Source of the DNA: a virus
Lineage: Duplodnaviria; Caudoviricetes
IMG/VR virus record: IMGVR_UViG_3300035181_000465
Span: 1 to 29,680 of that record
Strand: one strand, 5' to 3'
Length of the DNA: 29,680 nt
Shown: positions 9,075 through 18,755 of the stretch, piece by piece
Numbering within the stretch: the first letter of the stretch is position 1
How the letters are laid out: the number at the start of each line of letters is the position of its first letter
Translations under genes and position numbers: made by a program
The notes under the pieces: generated by a model
The model's database searches: none
Seen by the model: the letters and a program-made list of their open reading frames with translations, nothing else
Told to the model about the DNA's origin: nothing

Positions 9075-10349
9075 TCAATAGCCCTCCGTCCATGCGAGAA
9101 GAACCATGCCGTTTCCTCCGGCCCCGCTGCTGATATTGCCCGCGCTTCCTCCGCCGCCACCACCAATACCACCGACACCTCCAGCACCTAAAGTGCCGTT
9201 ATGCCCACCTCCGCCACCGCCAATACCGCCAGCGCCACCATTACCACCATTGCTACCAGCAACAGCGCCTCCTCCGCCACCACCAACGCCACCAGCACCA
9301 CCGCCGATATTGCCCGCGCTTCCTCCGCCGCCACCACCAATACCACCAACACCGCCGCCTGATGTTCCGCCGCCGCCGCCTGAGCCATTGAAAATACCTG
9401 GCGTTACAAATGCAGCCAAGTAATTAAAGTCTGATGACGCTGCATTCGTGCTCTGCCCATTACCGCCAGCACCGGAGCTATTCCCCGCCCCACCAGCATT
9501 AAGCGCCCCTGCCCCTCCGTTTGTTCCTTGGGCTGTTGTTGAAGTGGCGTTTCCAATTACGCCTGCGCCTGAACTGCCACCGCCGCCAGTACCTACGGTG
9601 CCAGTGCCACCGCTGCTACCGCCATCCCGGTCGCCGCCTTTGTATAGCCCGCCGCCTCCGGTACCGGAATTTGACAGTGCTCCTGTCGCTGTGCTTGGGA
9701 TGCTTCCGCCTTTTCCGACAAACCCTCCGCCGCCAGTCCCAAAACCGCTATGTGCGGCATTCCCGTCCATCGTCCCGCCTTGCCCGCCTGCGCCAAGGAT
9801 AGAACCGGCGCCGCCGCCGCCGAATCCGCCGCCGTTCGACGTGTTTGCTACTGTTTTCCCGCCGCCAGCCCCGCCTGATGCTGTAAAAGCGCCGCGCAGA
9901 CTCGGCGCAGCAGAACCGGTTCCACCAGTGCCGCCAGCTACCGTAGCAGATGTGTTGCTTGCTTGGGTAAGTCCAGCGCCACCGCCCGTCGCGGTCAGCA
10001 AGTTCCCAATGGATGATGTTCCCCCCGCAACCCCGTTTGATGCGACAGTCACCGCTGCACCACCGGCTCCTACCGTGATCGTGGGGAGCGTCTGCCCTGG
10101 CACCACGTCAATGATGCCCATTGCAAAGCCGCCGCCCCCCCCTCCGGTTCCTGTTGCGTTCGTTGCAGCAAGGGCACCAGAGCCTCCGGCTCCGACAACA
10201 ACCGCAAGAACTTGATAGACATTCTGCGGAACGACGAAATCGTTGTAGGTGCCCGGTATTAGGTAGGCTTTGACGTTCTTCCAATACGGAGGCGCAACGC
10301 GCGTAGGTACGTTCGGAGGGAGCGGATATCCGTAGTTGCCTTTGTTCAT
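9075..10349 (-). CDS. glycine-rich tail fibre/adhesin protein
   Basis: 424 aa; VVGAGGSG..GGGGGGF..ITVGAGG..GGTSS motif followed by many GGGGG runs; ends GGNGMVLL.W. Confidence 0.8.
   Translation of the reverse strand: MNKGNYGYPLPPNVPTRVAPPYWKNVKAYLIPGTYNDFVVPQNVYQVLAVVVGAGGSGALAATNATGTGGGGGGFAMGIIDVVPGQTLPTITVGAGGAAVTVASNGVAGGTSSIGNLLTATGGGAGLTQASNTSATVAGGTGGTGSAAPSLRGAFTASGGAGGGKTVANTSNGGGFGGGGAGSILGAGGQGGTMDGNAAHSGFGTGGGGFVGKGGSIPSTATGALSNSGTGGGGLYKGGDRDGGSSGGTGTVGTGGGGSSGAGVIGNATSTTAQGTNGGAGALNAGGAGNSSGAGGNGQSTNAASSDFNYLAAFVTPGIFNGSGGGGGTSGGGVGGIGGGGGGSAGNIGGGAGGVGGGGGGAVAGSNGGNGGAGGIGGGGGGHNGTLGAGGVGGIGGGGGGSAGNISSGAGGNGMVLLAWTEGY
9132..9347. repeat. 42-bp exact direct repeat pair (9132-9173 and 9306-9347)
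   Basis: gatattgcccgcgcttcctccgccgccaccaccaataccacc occurs twice, 174 bp apart, encoding GGIGGGGGGSAGNI. Confidence 0.9.
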
Positions 10350-10723
10350 TAGAAGTCACCTCCATTGATGACGGTAACGCGGAATGTTTCTGCGTTATTT
10401 GTAGCTACGCTCAGTGTCGTACCAGAACCAAGCACAAGCCCGTTATCGAAAACCACGTCGGCAGACCATGCAGGAACTGCCGACGAAGGAGTCAATGGAA
10501 GCACTGGAATTTCTCGAATCAGTGACGAATTTACAAAGAACCGAATCATGCCCGCCGTTGTGGTACCCGTTGCAGTGATGTTCACCCGGTCAACGCGCGA
10601 GCCACCCGCCCCTGCAGTCATGAGCGTGACCAGCGTGCCAGTGCCGTCACGGTTTGCGTTGGCAGTTGAGATGGTAACGGACGGCGATTTCGGCGTGCCG
10701 ACGTATTGCGGATTGGATGCCAT
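10349..10723 (-). CDS. small beta-rich tail-associated protein
   Basis: 124 aa, AAGGAG RBS, TAATG coupling to the Gly-rich gene; ends in GGDF. Confidence 0.7.
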   Translation of the reverse strand: MASNPQYVGTPKSPSVTISTANANRDGTGTLVTLMTAGAGGSRVDRVNITATGTTTAGMIRFFVNSSLIREIPVLPLTPSSAVPAWSADVVFDNGLVLGSGTTLSVATNNAETFRVTVINGGDF

Positions 10724-10724
10724 A

Positions 10725-11549
10725 TCAGATCACTCCTTGGGACATGAGCAGGAATCCCGGCGTGCCAAAGCCCCAGGAAGCTACTCCGTTTTGCGATGTA
10801 AGAACGTACTGCGTGCCGTTATTGGGCTGCGCTGGCAAAGCAGCTTGGAACGCTTGTTGAACTACGAATGCTGTCGTTGCGATCTTCGTGCTATTGTCAC
10901 CAAGCGACGGGGTAGGGGCAATTGGCGTGCCCGTGAATGCCGGAGAGTCAATCGGTGCCTTCGTCGCGTCCACGGATGCCCTGATTGCGGCCTCCGCTGC
11001 CGTGCTCGTGTCAACATAGGCTGTACTCGCTGGCTTCGCCGAGTTGTCGCCTTGGGATTGCGTTGCGACATTGACCGTTGCGGCTGTGAAATTATGCGTC
11101 CCGCTGTAGATGTCTCCATTGCGGTTAGCACGGTCGTTGCCGCTGACAAGGTAGAAGCTTGTGCCGTCGTAGTATGCAGCGACGATTCCGCCGCTTTCGA
11201 TGTCGCCAGACTTTAGCGTAGTTGCATCGACCGCAAGCAACGACTTAGCCGTGAGGCTGTTGATCGTCAGTGTTGCTGCGCCTGTATTAGCGTGCCCCGC
11301 CTTGAACAGCACCAGCATGGATGCCGTGTAGGCTGCCGGTGCCGGGCTTACGGTGACGATGTAATCGTTGGACGTTGCGCCCTGCGCTTCGCTGCCGGTA
11401 ACGACTACCATGCCCGGGAAGCCGGCGAAGCTGTTTTGCATCACAGCCTTAATCATCCGCAGATGATCATCGCCCTGGCTCTTGGGGTCTGTGGATGTTG
11501 GGTTTGTCGCGTCAAGATTAGCGACGTAGGTTGCAGTTTCGAGCGGCAT
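10725..11549 (-). CDS. proximal tail fibre protein
   Basis: N-terminal MPLETATY..L.ATNPT..DPKSQGDDHLR anchor; phage fibre repeat KAPIDSPAFTGTPIAPTP..GDNSTKIATTAFV plus one degenerate copy. Confidence 0.85.
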   Translation of the reverse strand: MPLETATYVANLDATNPTSTDPKSQGDDHLRMIKAVMQNSFAGFPGMVVVTGSEAQGATSNDYIVTVSPAPAAYTASMLVLFKAGHANTGAATLTINSLTAKSLLAVDATTLKSGDIESGGIVAAYYDGTSFYLVSGNDRANRNGDIYSGTHNFTAATVNVATQSQGDNSAKPASTAYVDTSTAAEAAIRASVDATKAPIDSPAFTGTPIAPTPSLGDNSTKIATTAFVVQQAFQAALPAQPNNGTQYVLTSQNGVASWGFGTPGFLLMSQGVI

Positions 11550-11551
11550 AC

Positions 11552-12196
11552 TCAGTCCCCGCTGTAGAAGTTGAATGATCCGCTTCGCAGGCCGAGATCG
11601 GTTCGGAGAGTTGCGCTTCCCACATAATCGACGCTGCGGGCATTTATGAGCGCGGCTTGGTACTTTTGTTCGGCCATCGGCGCAAGCGTAACATCCCGGC
11701 TGAACATAGCCGCCTCATGGCAAGCCCCCCACAAATACAGCGCAGGGAAACGTTTTAGAATCACGTTCGTCGGGTTTGTATCCGATAGCGGATCAATGGT
11801 GTTCTGATAGAAATAGTCGACGGTGTACGCACCGTTCGGCGTCGGGTGCAGCACCAGATATGCGCCATCGAAGGCGATGAAATTAGGTAGGCTTGTGTAT
11901 TGCTCGAAAGCGTATTTCTGAGCGAGCACGCGAGCCGGGACGATTTGCATCGGAGTAGATGCCGGCTCTTTGCGGCGAGCGTACTCGATGCTTATCATTC
12001 CTGAAGGCGCGTCATATGTCCGCTGGCCGGCCACTGTGACAATCTGCGCCTCAGACCGCAGCAACGCAATGTCACTAATGTCCTGGCTTAGCCGCGATTC
12101 AGTGAGCGCGATGAAGTCAGGGATGCGCGCGCCTAAATCAGGTCTATGCACCCAGTCAGCAATCGCATCTTTCAGTTCTGAGTACGTCGAGATCAT
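11552..12196 (-). CDS. head-tail adaptor protein
   Basis: MISTYSELKDAIADW..R.DL...IPDFIALTESRL, PTPNGAYTV and LSDTNPTN.IL...P.LYLWG motifs; downstream of coat gene. Confidence 0.8.
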   Translation of the reverse strand: MISTYSELKDAIADWVHRPDLGARIPDFIALTESRLSQDISDIALLRSEAQIVTVAGQRTYDAPSGMISIEYARRKEPASTPMQIVPARVLAQKYAFEQYTSLPNFIAFDGAYLVLHPTPNGAYTVDYFYQNTIDPLSDTNPTNVILKRFPALYLWGACHEAAMFSRDVTLAPMAEQKYQAALINARSVDYVGSATLRTDLGLRSGSFNFYSGD

Positions 12197-12387
12197 TTGC
12201 GGCTGCCTCTGGTTGCCCGTTTTTTCGCGCCGTCATTATCGCCGATCTTCCGCTCGTTGAGCGAAATGTAGCCGCTGCCGACATATGTTTTTTCTTCCTC
12301 GGTGTCGTAAATGATTACGAAATCCGAGTAGTCATCCCAAGTCTTTTGCCTGAACAGCACTTTTGGGTACTCTTGAATTTGCACCAT
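12193..12387 (-). CDS. small hypothetical protein after the coat gene
   Basis: 64 aa, EYPK.L start and basic tail; ATGA coupling to adaptor gene. Confidence 0.6.
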   Translation of the reverse strand: MVQIQEYPKVLFRQKTWDDYSDFVIIYDTEEEKTYVGSGYISLNERKIGDNDGAKKRATRGSRK

Positions 12388-12393
12388 AGCGGG

Positions 12394-12420
12394 AAAGCCC
12401 GGCCCACATTATGGCCGGGC
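12394..12420 (-). terminator. hairpin/weak terminator after major capsid gene
   Basis: 8-bp stem gcccggcc/ggccgggc with 8-nt loop, followed by only TTT on the minus strand. Confidence 0.55.
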
Positions 12421-12429
12421 ATCATCTCA

Positions 12430-13626
12430 TCAGTTAGACAAGATTCGGCATGCAAGCTGCGGCCGGATCGTCTTGTATCCATACAGCACATCAATACGAC
12501 ACGGCAAGTTGTCGTTGTTGATGTCGTATGCGCGGACGATCCGCATGCTGATGCCGTCGTAGACCTCACGAGCCGCGAAGTCAACTCCCTTCGGCATAAT
12601 CAGGTCGGCAGTGGCGAACGCGAACGCGTCTTGGTGGAACACAACCGAAGGCTTGTAGACCGCGCTTGCGCCGCCGATCTTGCTCACCGCCGCGCTGTTC
12701 GGGATGCCCGATGCCGTGACGTTTTGCATGCCGCCCGACGTGTAAACAGCCGGGGAGATCGAGATCGTACCAGCGCCACCGGCGTAGTCCGCCGTCACAA
12801 CGAACTGCTGCAGCACGCCTGTATCTGCCTTCGTCTCAGGGTGTACCCGGTTGCAGCCCGCGAAGGTGATGATGTCGCCCTTCTTGAACGTAGTGGTGCC
12901 GCTAGCAAGCGTTACGGTCGTAGAGCCGTTTGCCGTAACTGCACCGTTCACGGTGTAGCCAGTAGAAGCCGCAGACGTGCCAGTCGTTTGAGTCGGGATC
13001 AGGGTATTTTCATAGAAGTCAAACCCTGCCGACCGGCCCATTTTGCCCTCGCGGTATTGCTTGGCGACCTCGTTGCCGTCTTGGAACAGCCCTTTTAGGG
13101 TGTCAACAAGGTCAACGTTGTCCTGCGTGTTCAGCAAGGCCGCGCGGTTGTTGTCCATCGGGGCCAGGTTGTCGTTGAGCACCTTGCGCCCCGTCAGAAT
13201 CTGACGCAGCGCAATTGCGGAGCCGATATTGTTGACGTTGTTGTACACGTCAAGGAACATCGACATAGCATCAGACTCGATGTTGGCCGCCAGGACGGCC
13301 ATTGCAGGCTCAAGAATACGCTGGCTGAAGTCGTCAAGGTTCAACGTCAATTCGGCAGAACTGAAGTTGACATCAACGCCTTTTTGCGTCCCGACAGTCA
13401 GCGGCACTTGGTTTTCCGTCGTGTCTTGTGCCGAGAGCGTCTTGCCTGTGCGAACCGTGTATTGGTTCGGCAGGCGGATTTTCATCGTATCGCCGATCTT
13501 CGCGCCAGTTTTGGCGAAAGAGTCGTCATATTGACGATTGATGTTCCCAACGAAGTTAAGTTTTTGATGAAGCACGCGCAAAGCTTCGCGCGTGATCATC
13601 TGCGGGGTGAGAATTGTATTAGCCAT
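12430..13626 (-). CDS. major capsid protein, P22 coat (gp5) family
   Basis: MANTILTPQMITREALRVL..NRQYDDSFAKTGAKIGDT.KIRLP and C-terminal RIDVLYGYKTIRP signatures. Confidence 0.93.
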   Translation of the reverse strand: MANTILTPQMITREALRVLHQKLNFVGNINRQYDDSFAKTGAKIGDTMKIRLPNQYTVRTGKTLSAQDTTENQVPLTVGTQKGVDVNFSSAELTLNLDDFSQRILEPAMAVLAANIESDAMSMFLDVYNNVNNIGSAIALRQILTGRKVLNDNLAPMDNNRAALLNTQDNVDLVDTLKGLFQDGNEVAKQYREGKMGRSAGFDFYENTLIPTQTTGTSAASTGYTVNGAVTANGSTTVTLASGTTTFKKGDIITFAGCNRVHPETKADTGVLQQFVVTADYAGGAGTISISPAVYTSGGMQNVTASGIPNSAAVSKIGGASAVYKPSVVFHQDAFAFATADLIMPKGVDFAAREVYDGISMRIVRAYDINNDNLPCRIDVLYGYKTIRPQLACRILSN

Positions 13627-13632
13627 GATTGA

Positions 13633-14499
13633 TTACCGTCCTTTCGATTTCCGAAGTTGTTCGCTACGCGCCTTCATCCAATCATTGATTGGCATCGAGT
13701 TCATATCACGGCGGGCAGGTGCATTTGTGCCCCCGACCTTTGTGACCGGCTTCGCCGCCTGATTGGATTGGGCGCTTCCCTGTTGCTTTTTAAGCAACTG
13801 TGCGCCGACCATCGCGTTATGCAAGACCTTGACAATGCGCGGGTCTACGATCTGCGCTAGCTCCTGCGGCTGAAATCCGTATTCCTTGGCCGCAAACTCA
13901 TTGATCTGCTTCGCTACGTCCGGCCCCCAATTGGGGATTTCGCGCTTCAGAACCGCATGGCCTTCTTCGAGCCGCTTGACAATTTCTTGCTGCGTCTCGA
14001 AAGCTCGCTGCTGCTCCATCTGTTGCACTCGCGTTGCAACCTGCTGCCGCGCGTCTTTAAGCTGTGCGTATTGCATCCACAGCTTTTGCGCTTGCACTGG
14101 GTCGGTATCGGACAGTTGCTGCCAGTTGATCTGATCGAACTGCTGCAATTGCTGATCCAATGCCGTCACCGTTGCCAGCGCCTGCACTTGTTCCGCATTC
14201 GCCTGCTGGAACCGCGTTTTCTCGGCCTCTGCCGCTCGACGTAGCTCCGCAAGCTCCTGCGTCTTGCGCGTATAGTCCGCTTGCATCATCAAAGCGCCTT
14301 TTAGCGCCTTTGGCACGCGGTACTTTTTGCCGTCTACATCGACCTCTTCCTCTTCCTCATCCGATGGATTGGCTTGGCCGTCTTGCGGCTGCTCATCCTC
14401 TGGAGATTCTTCGGAAATGGTCTGATTTTCGTCGGCTTGTGCGACTTCATCCGGCAATTCGTCGGATTCCGGCTGATTGGTCGCGGTTGATTCATTCAT
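13633..14499 (-). CDS. scaffolding protein
   Basis: Acidic N-terminus, MQADYTRKTQELAE motif, coiled coil; lies between portal and coat. Confidence 0.85.
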   Translation of the reverse strand: MNESTATNQPESDELPDEVAQADENQTISEESPEDEQPQDGQANPSDEEEEEVDVDGKKYRVPKALKGALMMQADYTRKTQELAELRRAAEAEKTRFQQANAEQVQALATVTALDQQLQQFDQINWQQLSDTDPVQAQKLWMQYAQLKDARQQVATRVQQMEQQRAFETQQEIVKRLEEGHAVLKREIPNWGPDVAKQINEFAAKEYGFQPQELAQIVDPRIVKVLHNAMVGAQLLKKQQGSAQSNQAAKPVTKVGGTNAPARRDMNSMPINDWMKARSEQLRKSKGR

Positions 14500-16606
14500 G
14501 GATCACTCCTGGTGCGGTTGGTGACATAAAAAAGTTGCCTTCTGGCTGCTCGGGCTGAATCGGAGGCGCGACAGGCAAAATGTCCGGAGACGATAGCACC
14601 TGCTGCACCGTTTGCAATACAAGGGCTTGCACTTCCTGTGGATTCATACCTGATTGAACAGCCTTTAGGCGTTGCGTTTCTGCATTGTATGCGTCGATCT
14701 CGATTTTGCGCAACTCAAGTGCTGTTTTCTCTTTTGCTTCCTGAAGCTGTTGCTGCAACTCTTGCGCCTGTTGCTGTAGCTGCTGGATTTGTTGGCCGGC
14801 CTGCTGTTGCAGTTGTTGCATCTGTTGTTGCATCTGTTGCTGCGCCTGCTGCTGCGCCTGGCCCTGCATTTGCCCCTGCCCTTGGATTTGAGCCGGTAGC
14901 ATAGCCTTAAACCGGGCCGCGATTTCTTCCGCATCCGGCCAATCAAGGCTCTTAACCAACAAGTCGCCGATCAACGGGGCCGCTGGCGGGTAGGCTCTCA
15001 GCAATTCTGACATTTGCGCCGCGATTTCCTCTCGACGGGTAGCGAATGACGGGCCAGCCTCCACAACGACGTCATAGCGCCCGACCGAAAGGTCATAGAT
15101 ACGCGATACGGCCTGTTGGGTCTCATCCAGCTCTTCCTGTGGCGACTCTGCACCTACTGTGATCGGCTGATTAACCGGTACTTTTGCCACGCTGCCATCC
15201 TCTCCGAGCACTCGCAAGATACGCGGCCCCGAATACACATGCGGGATTAGATCGACCACCACGCGGCCCAGGTGCCGGATCGCGCGGGTCATGTTGTCGA
15301 GAAAATGAAAATTCGTCAGACTGCTTTGCATCTTCCGAGCATTGATTGCGATGCCGGATGTTTCATTGCTGCGCTGGCCTAGAGATGGGTCGAAAATGCC
15401 CATGATGGATTTCATGTCGTCGCTTGCTGCCAGTGCCTCGCTCATCGCGCCCGCAGACGCCCCGGTGTCGAGCGGCTGACGCTGCGGCGGAGTCGGGCCG
15501 TCATATTCGACGTATGGGTGAGACGTAGTGTTAATCGTTGCCCATTTGGCCCCATCCGTTGCAAAAGCTCCACGCGGGCCAATGAACGGCACGCGCGGGG
15601 CCAGCGCCACCAGTTCCGTGCTCGTGGTGCGCCAGTAGTTCAGCATCCGCTGTGCGTCTTTGGAGTCGCGGATCAGGCTTCGCCAATAGCGTTTGCCCTC
15701 GACGTTAATATCATCCCCATAGACAGGGACGATCGGGATATAGATCCCAGGCCAATCGTTTTCTTCGAGAACTTCAGCGCCCGTTATGACGCGCTGTTTG
15801 ACCTTCCACGATTTCGTCTCACGATCTCCGCGAACCGTAATGCCTAGCAGGTCGAAATAGTCTTTAGCTTTGCTATATTGATCGGCATCGAGAATAGAGC
15901 CATCCGAAAGCTGTACGATCTTTCGAGCGACCTCCTCGCGCGTCCACCATTCAGCGATCTGGATGGCCTCGCCGTCCGCCCACGGAGCTGGCAAGCTGCC
16001 ATAGCCGGCTCCTTCCCAATCGACTTCTTCCGCGCCTTTGTATTTTTGACGAAAGGCGTCTTTTGTCATGCGGTCAACGATAAAGGCCGTATTCCAGTCG
16101 CTTGAATCCGCCGCTTCGCTCATCGGGTCGCCATAGACCGAGAACGGGTTAGGCACCCGCAAAATGCGCACGTCCATATCAAACGTATCATCATGCGCAT
16201 AGTCAATATCAACGCGAAGATAACCGATTCCGCATGAAACCGCGTATTCAACCGCCGTGTCATAGGCAACGTCGGCGTTGCTGATGTACTCGATATTGCG
16301 AAGCAGGCCGTTGATTACTTCAGCCGTTTCCGGGTCGGCCTTGTCATCGACTGGCTTTACCTTAATCGACGGCTTGTTTTGCCGCGCGTCATTAACGACC
16401 TGCCGGATAAATGACGGCAGCCGGTTGATGGTCAGGCACGGGCGGCCTTCTAACTCGCGCTGTTTGCGCACCGATTCCGGCCACTGCTCCGATAGCCGCG
16501 CGAATCGCAGATCGTCGAGGGCTTCCGCACGGTTATCAGATTCAGCCTGTACGGCTTCGTCAAACGCCTCTCGTGCGTCTCTTAGCAGGTCATCATCTTT
16601 TGCCAT
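14492..16606 (-). CDS. portal protein, P22-like
   Basis: Start re-called at MAKDDD (16606). DLRFA....QWP..RPCLTINRL, RDSKDAQRM.NYW and SNETSGIAI.AR motifs; Gln-rich C-terminal barrel. Confidence 0.93.
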   Translation of the reverse strand: MAKDDDLLRDAREAFDEAVQAESDNRAEALDDLRFARLSEQWPESVRKQRELEGRPCLTINRLPSFIRQVVNDARQNKPSIKVKPVDDKADPETAEVINGLLRNIEYISNADVAYDTAVEYAVSCGIGYLRVDIDYAHDDTFDMDVRILRVPNPFSVYGDPMSEAADSSDWNTAFIVDRMTKDAFRQKYKGAEEVDWEGAGYGSLPAPWADGEAIQIAEWWTREEVARKIVQLSDGSILDADQYSKAKDYFDLLGITVRGDRETKSWKVKQRVITGAEVLEENDWPGIYIPIVPVYGDDINVEGKRYWRSLIRDSKDAQRMLNYWRTTSTELVALAPRVPFIGPRGAFATDGAKWATINTTSHPYVEYDGPTPPQRQPLDTGASAGAMSEALAASDDMKSIMGIFDPSLGQRSNETSGIAINARKMQSSLTNFHFLDNMTRAIRHLGRVVVDLIPHVYSGPRILRVLGEDGSVAKVPVNQPITVGAESPQEELDETQQAVSRIYDLSVGRYDVVVEAGPSFATRREEIAAQMSELLRAYPPAAPLIGDLLVKSLDWPDAEEIAARFKAMLPAQIQGQGQMQGQAQQQAQQQMQQQMQQLQQQAGQQIQQLQQQAQELQQQLQEAKEKTALELRKIEIDAYNAETQRLKAVQSGMNPQEVQALVLQTVQQVLSSPDILPVAPPIQPEQPEGNFFMSPTAPGVIHE

Positions 16607-16607
16607 T

Positions 16608-17930
16608 TCATCCCATCCATCCGCCGTACATAGCGGCATTTTGTTGCGTCTTGGGCCGCGCCACCTCGAATAGCTGTTCTGCGCAGATCGCCATCAATCC
16701 GAAGGCGTCCGCCGCGTGGCTTGACCAATCATGCTCAGGACCAAGGCCAATACCTCGGGATTCGTCGCGTTTTTCGTGATACCAGCCTAACGCCTCTAGC
16801 CCTGCCGCCGTAGTGTATTCGTTAAACCAGCACGCGGGCAACCAACGCCGCACAGCCTCAATGCGCTGACGCGCAGCGCCTTTTCCCTGATTCGGCACAA
16901 CAGAAACAAAATACCCGGCCTGTCTCAAAGCCGATTCGTAGCTGACAGCATATACCTTGTCATTCTGCGCCCCGTCATGCGGAAGCCATACCTGCGCCCG
17001 CTCCGGTGTGTACCCCCTGCTGCGCATCCAGTCAAGATGCACAGCGAGCGGCTGGCCCACAGCCTCATAGTAATCGAGCACGCGAATCTCTTTGCCGATG
17101 ATCTGCACTGCCCATATCGCGCAGGCATCAGCCCGCGCACCAGTGCCTCCGATGTCCCAAAATAGCCGGATCGTCATGAGCGGATCAGCGGCAACCCTGC
17201 CGATTCTCCGATCTGCGCGGGCTTCGGCCAAGCCCTTGGCGAAATAGGCGCCGGTCGATACGGAGGCATAGTCACCTTCCCATATGTGCGCGTACTGATC
17301 CGGGTCATTGCGCAAGCAATCTTGCCGCTCTTGTTCCAGCACTTCGGGAAAATACGGGTTATCCGCCCAATTGGCCCGCACCACGACGGAATTAGTCGGG
17401 GGATTCTGCCCACGTAGCATTGCGTCCACCGGGTCGGTTTTCCGGCGCGGGTTCCACGAAAACCACAATTCAGAGCCGTCCGCCCGAATTGTCGGCCTCA
17501 GTAGCTGTAGCGACCGCTCCGATAGCGTCTGCGCTTCTTCGACCCATGCGCGGCTGAAGCCCTCCATCGACTTCACGGATTCGGCGGTGTGATCTTGCAT
17601 GCCCTGGAAAACGATCACGCCATCGCCTGGGGTCTGGATAACGTCTGCGAATATCTTAAACCCGTCGCGCTCGCCTAGTCCGTATTTCTGCAATGCGTCC
17701 TCAATGAGCCGCTTGCTCGACTCCTTGAGCGACTTCTGAACCTCGCGGATGCAGACCGCGCGAAGGCCAGCGCCGCCATTGGCACCCGGGAATAGCAGAC
17801 ATTCCTCGACTAGAAGCGTCGCGAAGAACCAGGATTTTCCCGAACCGCGTCCGCCGTATGCGCCTTTATACCGAGCCGGCTGCAAAAGCGGCTCAAAGAC
17901 GCGGGGAGTCTCAAAGACTACCGCCGCCAT
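16608..17930 (-). CDS. terL: terminase large subunit
   Basis: Walker A YGGRGSGKS, CIREVQKSLKES, Walker B RAWVEEAQ, nuclease motifs WDIG and HDWSSHAADAF. Confidence 0.95.
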   Translation of the reverse strand: MAAVVFETPRVFEPLLQPARYKGAYGGRGSGKSWFFATLLVEECLLFPGANGGAGLRAVCIREVQKSLKESSKRLIEDALQKYGLGERDGFKIFADVIQTPGDGVIVFQGMQDHTAESVKSMEGFSRAWVEEAQTLSERSLQLLRPTIRADGSELWFSWNPRRKTDPVDAMLRGQNPPTNSVVVRANWADNPYFPEVLEQERQDCLRNDPDQYAHIWEGDYASVSTGAYFAKGLAEARADRRIGRVAADPLMTIRLFWDIGGTGARADACAIWAVQIIGKEIRVLDYYEAVGQPLAVHLDWMRSRGYTPERAQVWLPHDGAQNDKVYAVSYESALRQAGYFVSVVPNQGKGAARQRIEAVRRWLPACWFNEYTTAAGLEALGWYHEKRDESRGIGLGPEHDWSSHAADAFGLMAICAEQLFEVARPKTQQNAAMYGGWMG

Positions 17931-18381
17931 CGGTCTCCTTCTTCGGGTCTACGATCTTCCGCACGACCTCTTGCACAACCGGTCCGCCATTCTTGCCGGT
18001 CAACTCCATAGCGGTTCGGTCGCCGTATTTCTCAGGACACCATCTAGCCAGCAACTGCAAGCGCGTCCAGATTTGGAGCTTCCGATGCCCGAGCATATCG
18101 GCACGCTTGACCTTTACCCGGTCGCCATCTTCTTCGATTTCCTCGCCCATTACCGGGGTGTTGGCAATCTCGAAGGCTTCTTCTGCAATGGCGTCAAACC
18201 CGAGTTTTCTGGATTGCGCGAAGCGTGCGGCAAAGTCTTGATTGACATTCAGCCAGTCATAGACCGTTCTCCAAGACGGCATATGCTCATCCCGACAAAT
18301 GGCACGCAGCGTTTCGCCCTCTGCGATGCGATCGCAGATTTCATCGGAGATTGCCTCTGTATATGTCGAATGTCTGCCCAT
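17911..18381 (-). CDS. terS: terminase small subunit (Sf6 gp1-like)
   Basis: Start re-called at MGRHSTYT (18381); ICDRIAEGETLRAIC..MPS..TVYDWL HTH, PEKYGDR..ELTGKNGGP tail. Confidence 0.9.
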   Translation of the reverse strand: MGRHSTYTEAISDEICDRIAEGETLRAICRDEHMPSWRTVYDWLNVNQDFAARFAQSRKLGFDAIAEEAFEIANTPVMGEEIEEDGDRVKVKRADMLGHRKLQIWTRLQLLARWCPEKYGDRTAMELTGKNGGPVVQEVVRKIVDPKKETDGGGSL

Positions 18382-18387
18382 GCGACG

Positions 18388-18416
18388 ATAATATACTATG
18401 GTGCGCATGGGTGCAA
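18388..18416 (-). promoter_or_regulatory. sigma70-like promoter giving a leaderless terS mRNA
   Basis: Minus strand TTGCAC(18416-18411)-N17-TATTAT(18393-18388)-N6-ATG(18381); no SD. Confidence 0.65.
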
Positions 18417-18560
18417 TTGAGCCGAAGATTTAGCGCTGCACAACCTAGAGCCAGTAGCTCGTGGCGCAGGAATCTCCTCCCCTGGCTGCTACACGATCCT
18501 ATTTTCACCGGCTAGCCAGTCGTTAGTCCAGTCCGGCGCCGTCGTACCCTCTTGCCCACG

Positions 18561-18755
18561 TTAGTCGTCTGGATAAGACTCGCGCCAAAGCACGCGATCA
18601 AGGCAGTACCAGGAATCGGCCTCGGGGATGTCGACTGTGATGCGATCACGCCGCAGCTGTGCAGCCGCATGAAGAGCGCGAATCCTTGCCAGCCACGTAG
18701 CGGCCCACCCAACCTGCTGGCGCTGTACTTTGCCCGTGTTCGCTTCTTTGTCCAT
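18561..18755 (-). CDS. hypothetical protein (64 aa, MDKEANTGKVQ...)
   Basis: CGAAGGAGC RBS before ATG 18755, inside the longer ORF 18561..18926; no recognisable family. Confidence 0.5.
   Translation of the reverse strand: MDKEANTGKVQRQQVGWAATWLARIRALHAAAQLRRDRITVDIPEADSWYCLDRVLWRESYPDD

Noticed and set aside
9106-10215. Proline-rich plus-strand ORFs (9106..9423, 9448..10215)
   Set aside because: Antisense shadows of Gly codons in the adhesin gene.
14740-14890. Gln-rich low-complexity tract in the portal gene
   Set aside because: Expected coiled-coil barrel of P22-like portals.
1384-17592. Numerous plus-strand and alternate-frame ORFs across the structural module
   Set aside because: Contained within well-supported minus-strand genes and lacking RBS or motifs; expected in GC-rich DNA.
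18420-18560. Possible structured RNA or tRNA upstream of terS
   Set aside because: Only short stems (GAGC-cagta-GCTC); no cloverleaf, T-loop motif or terminator found.
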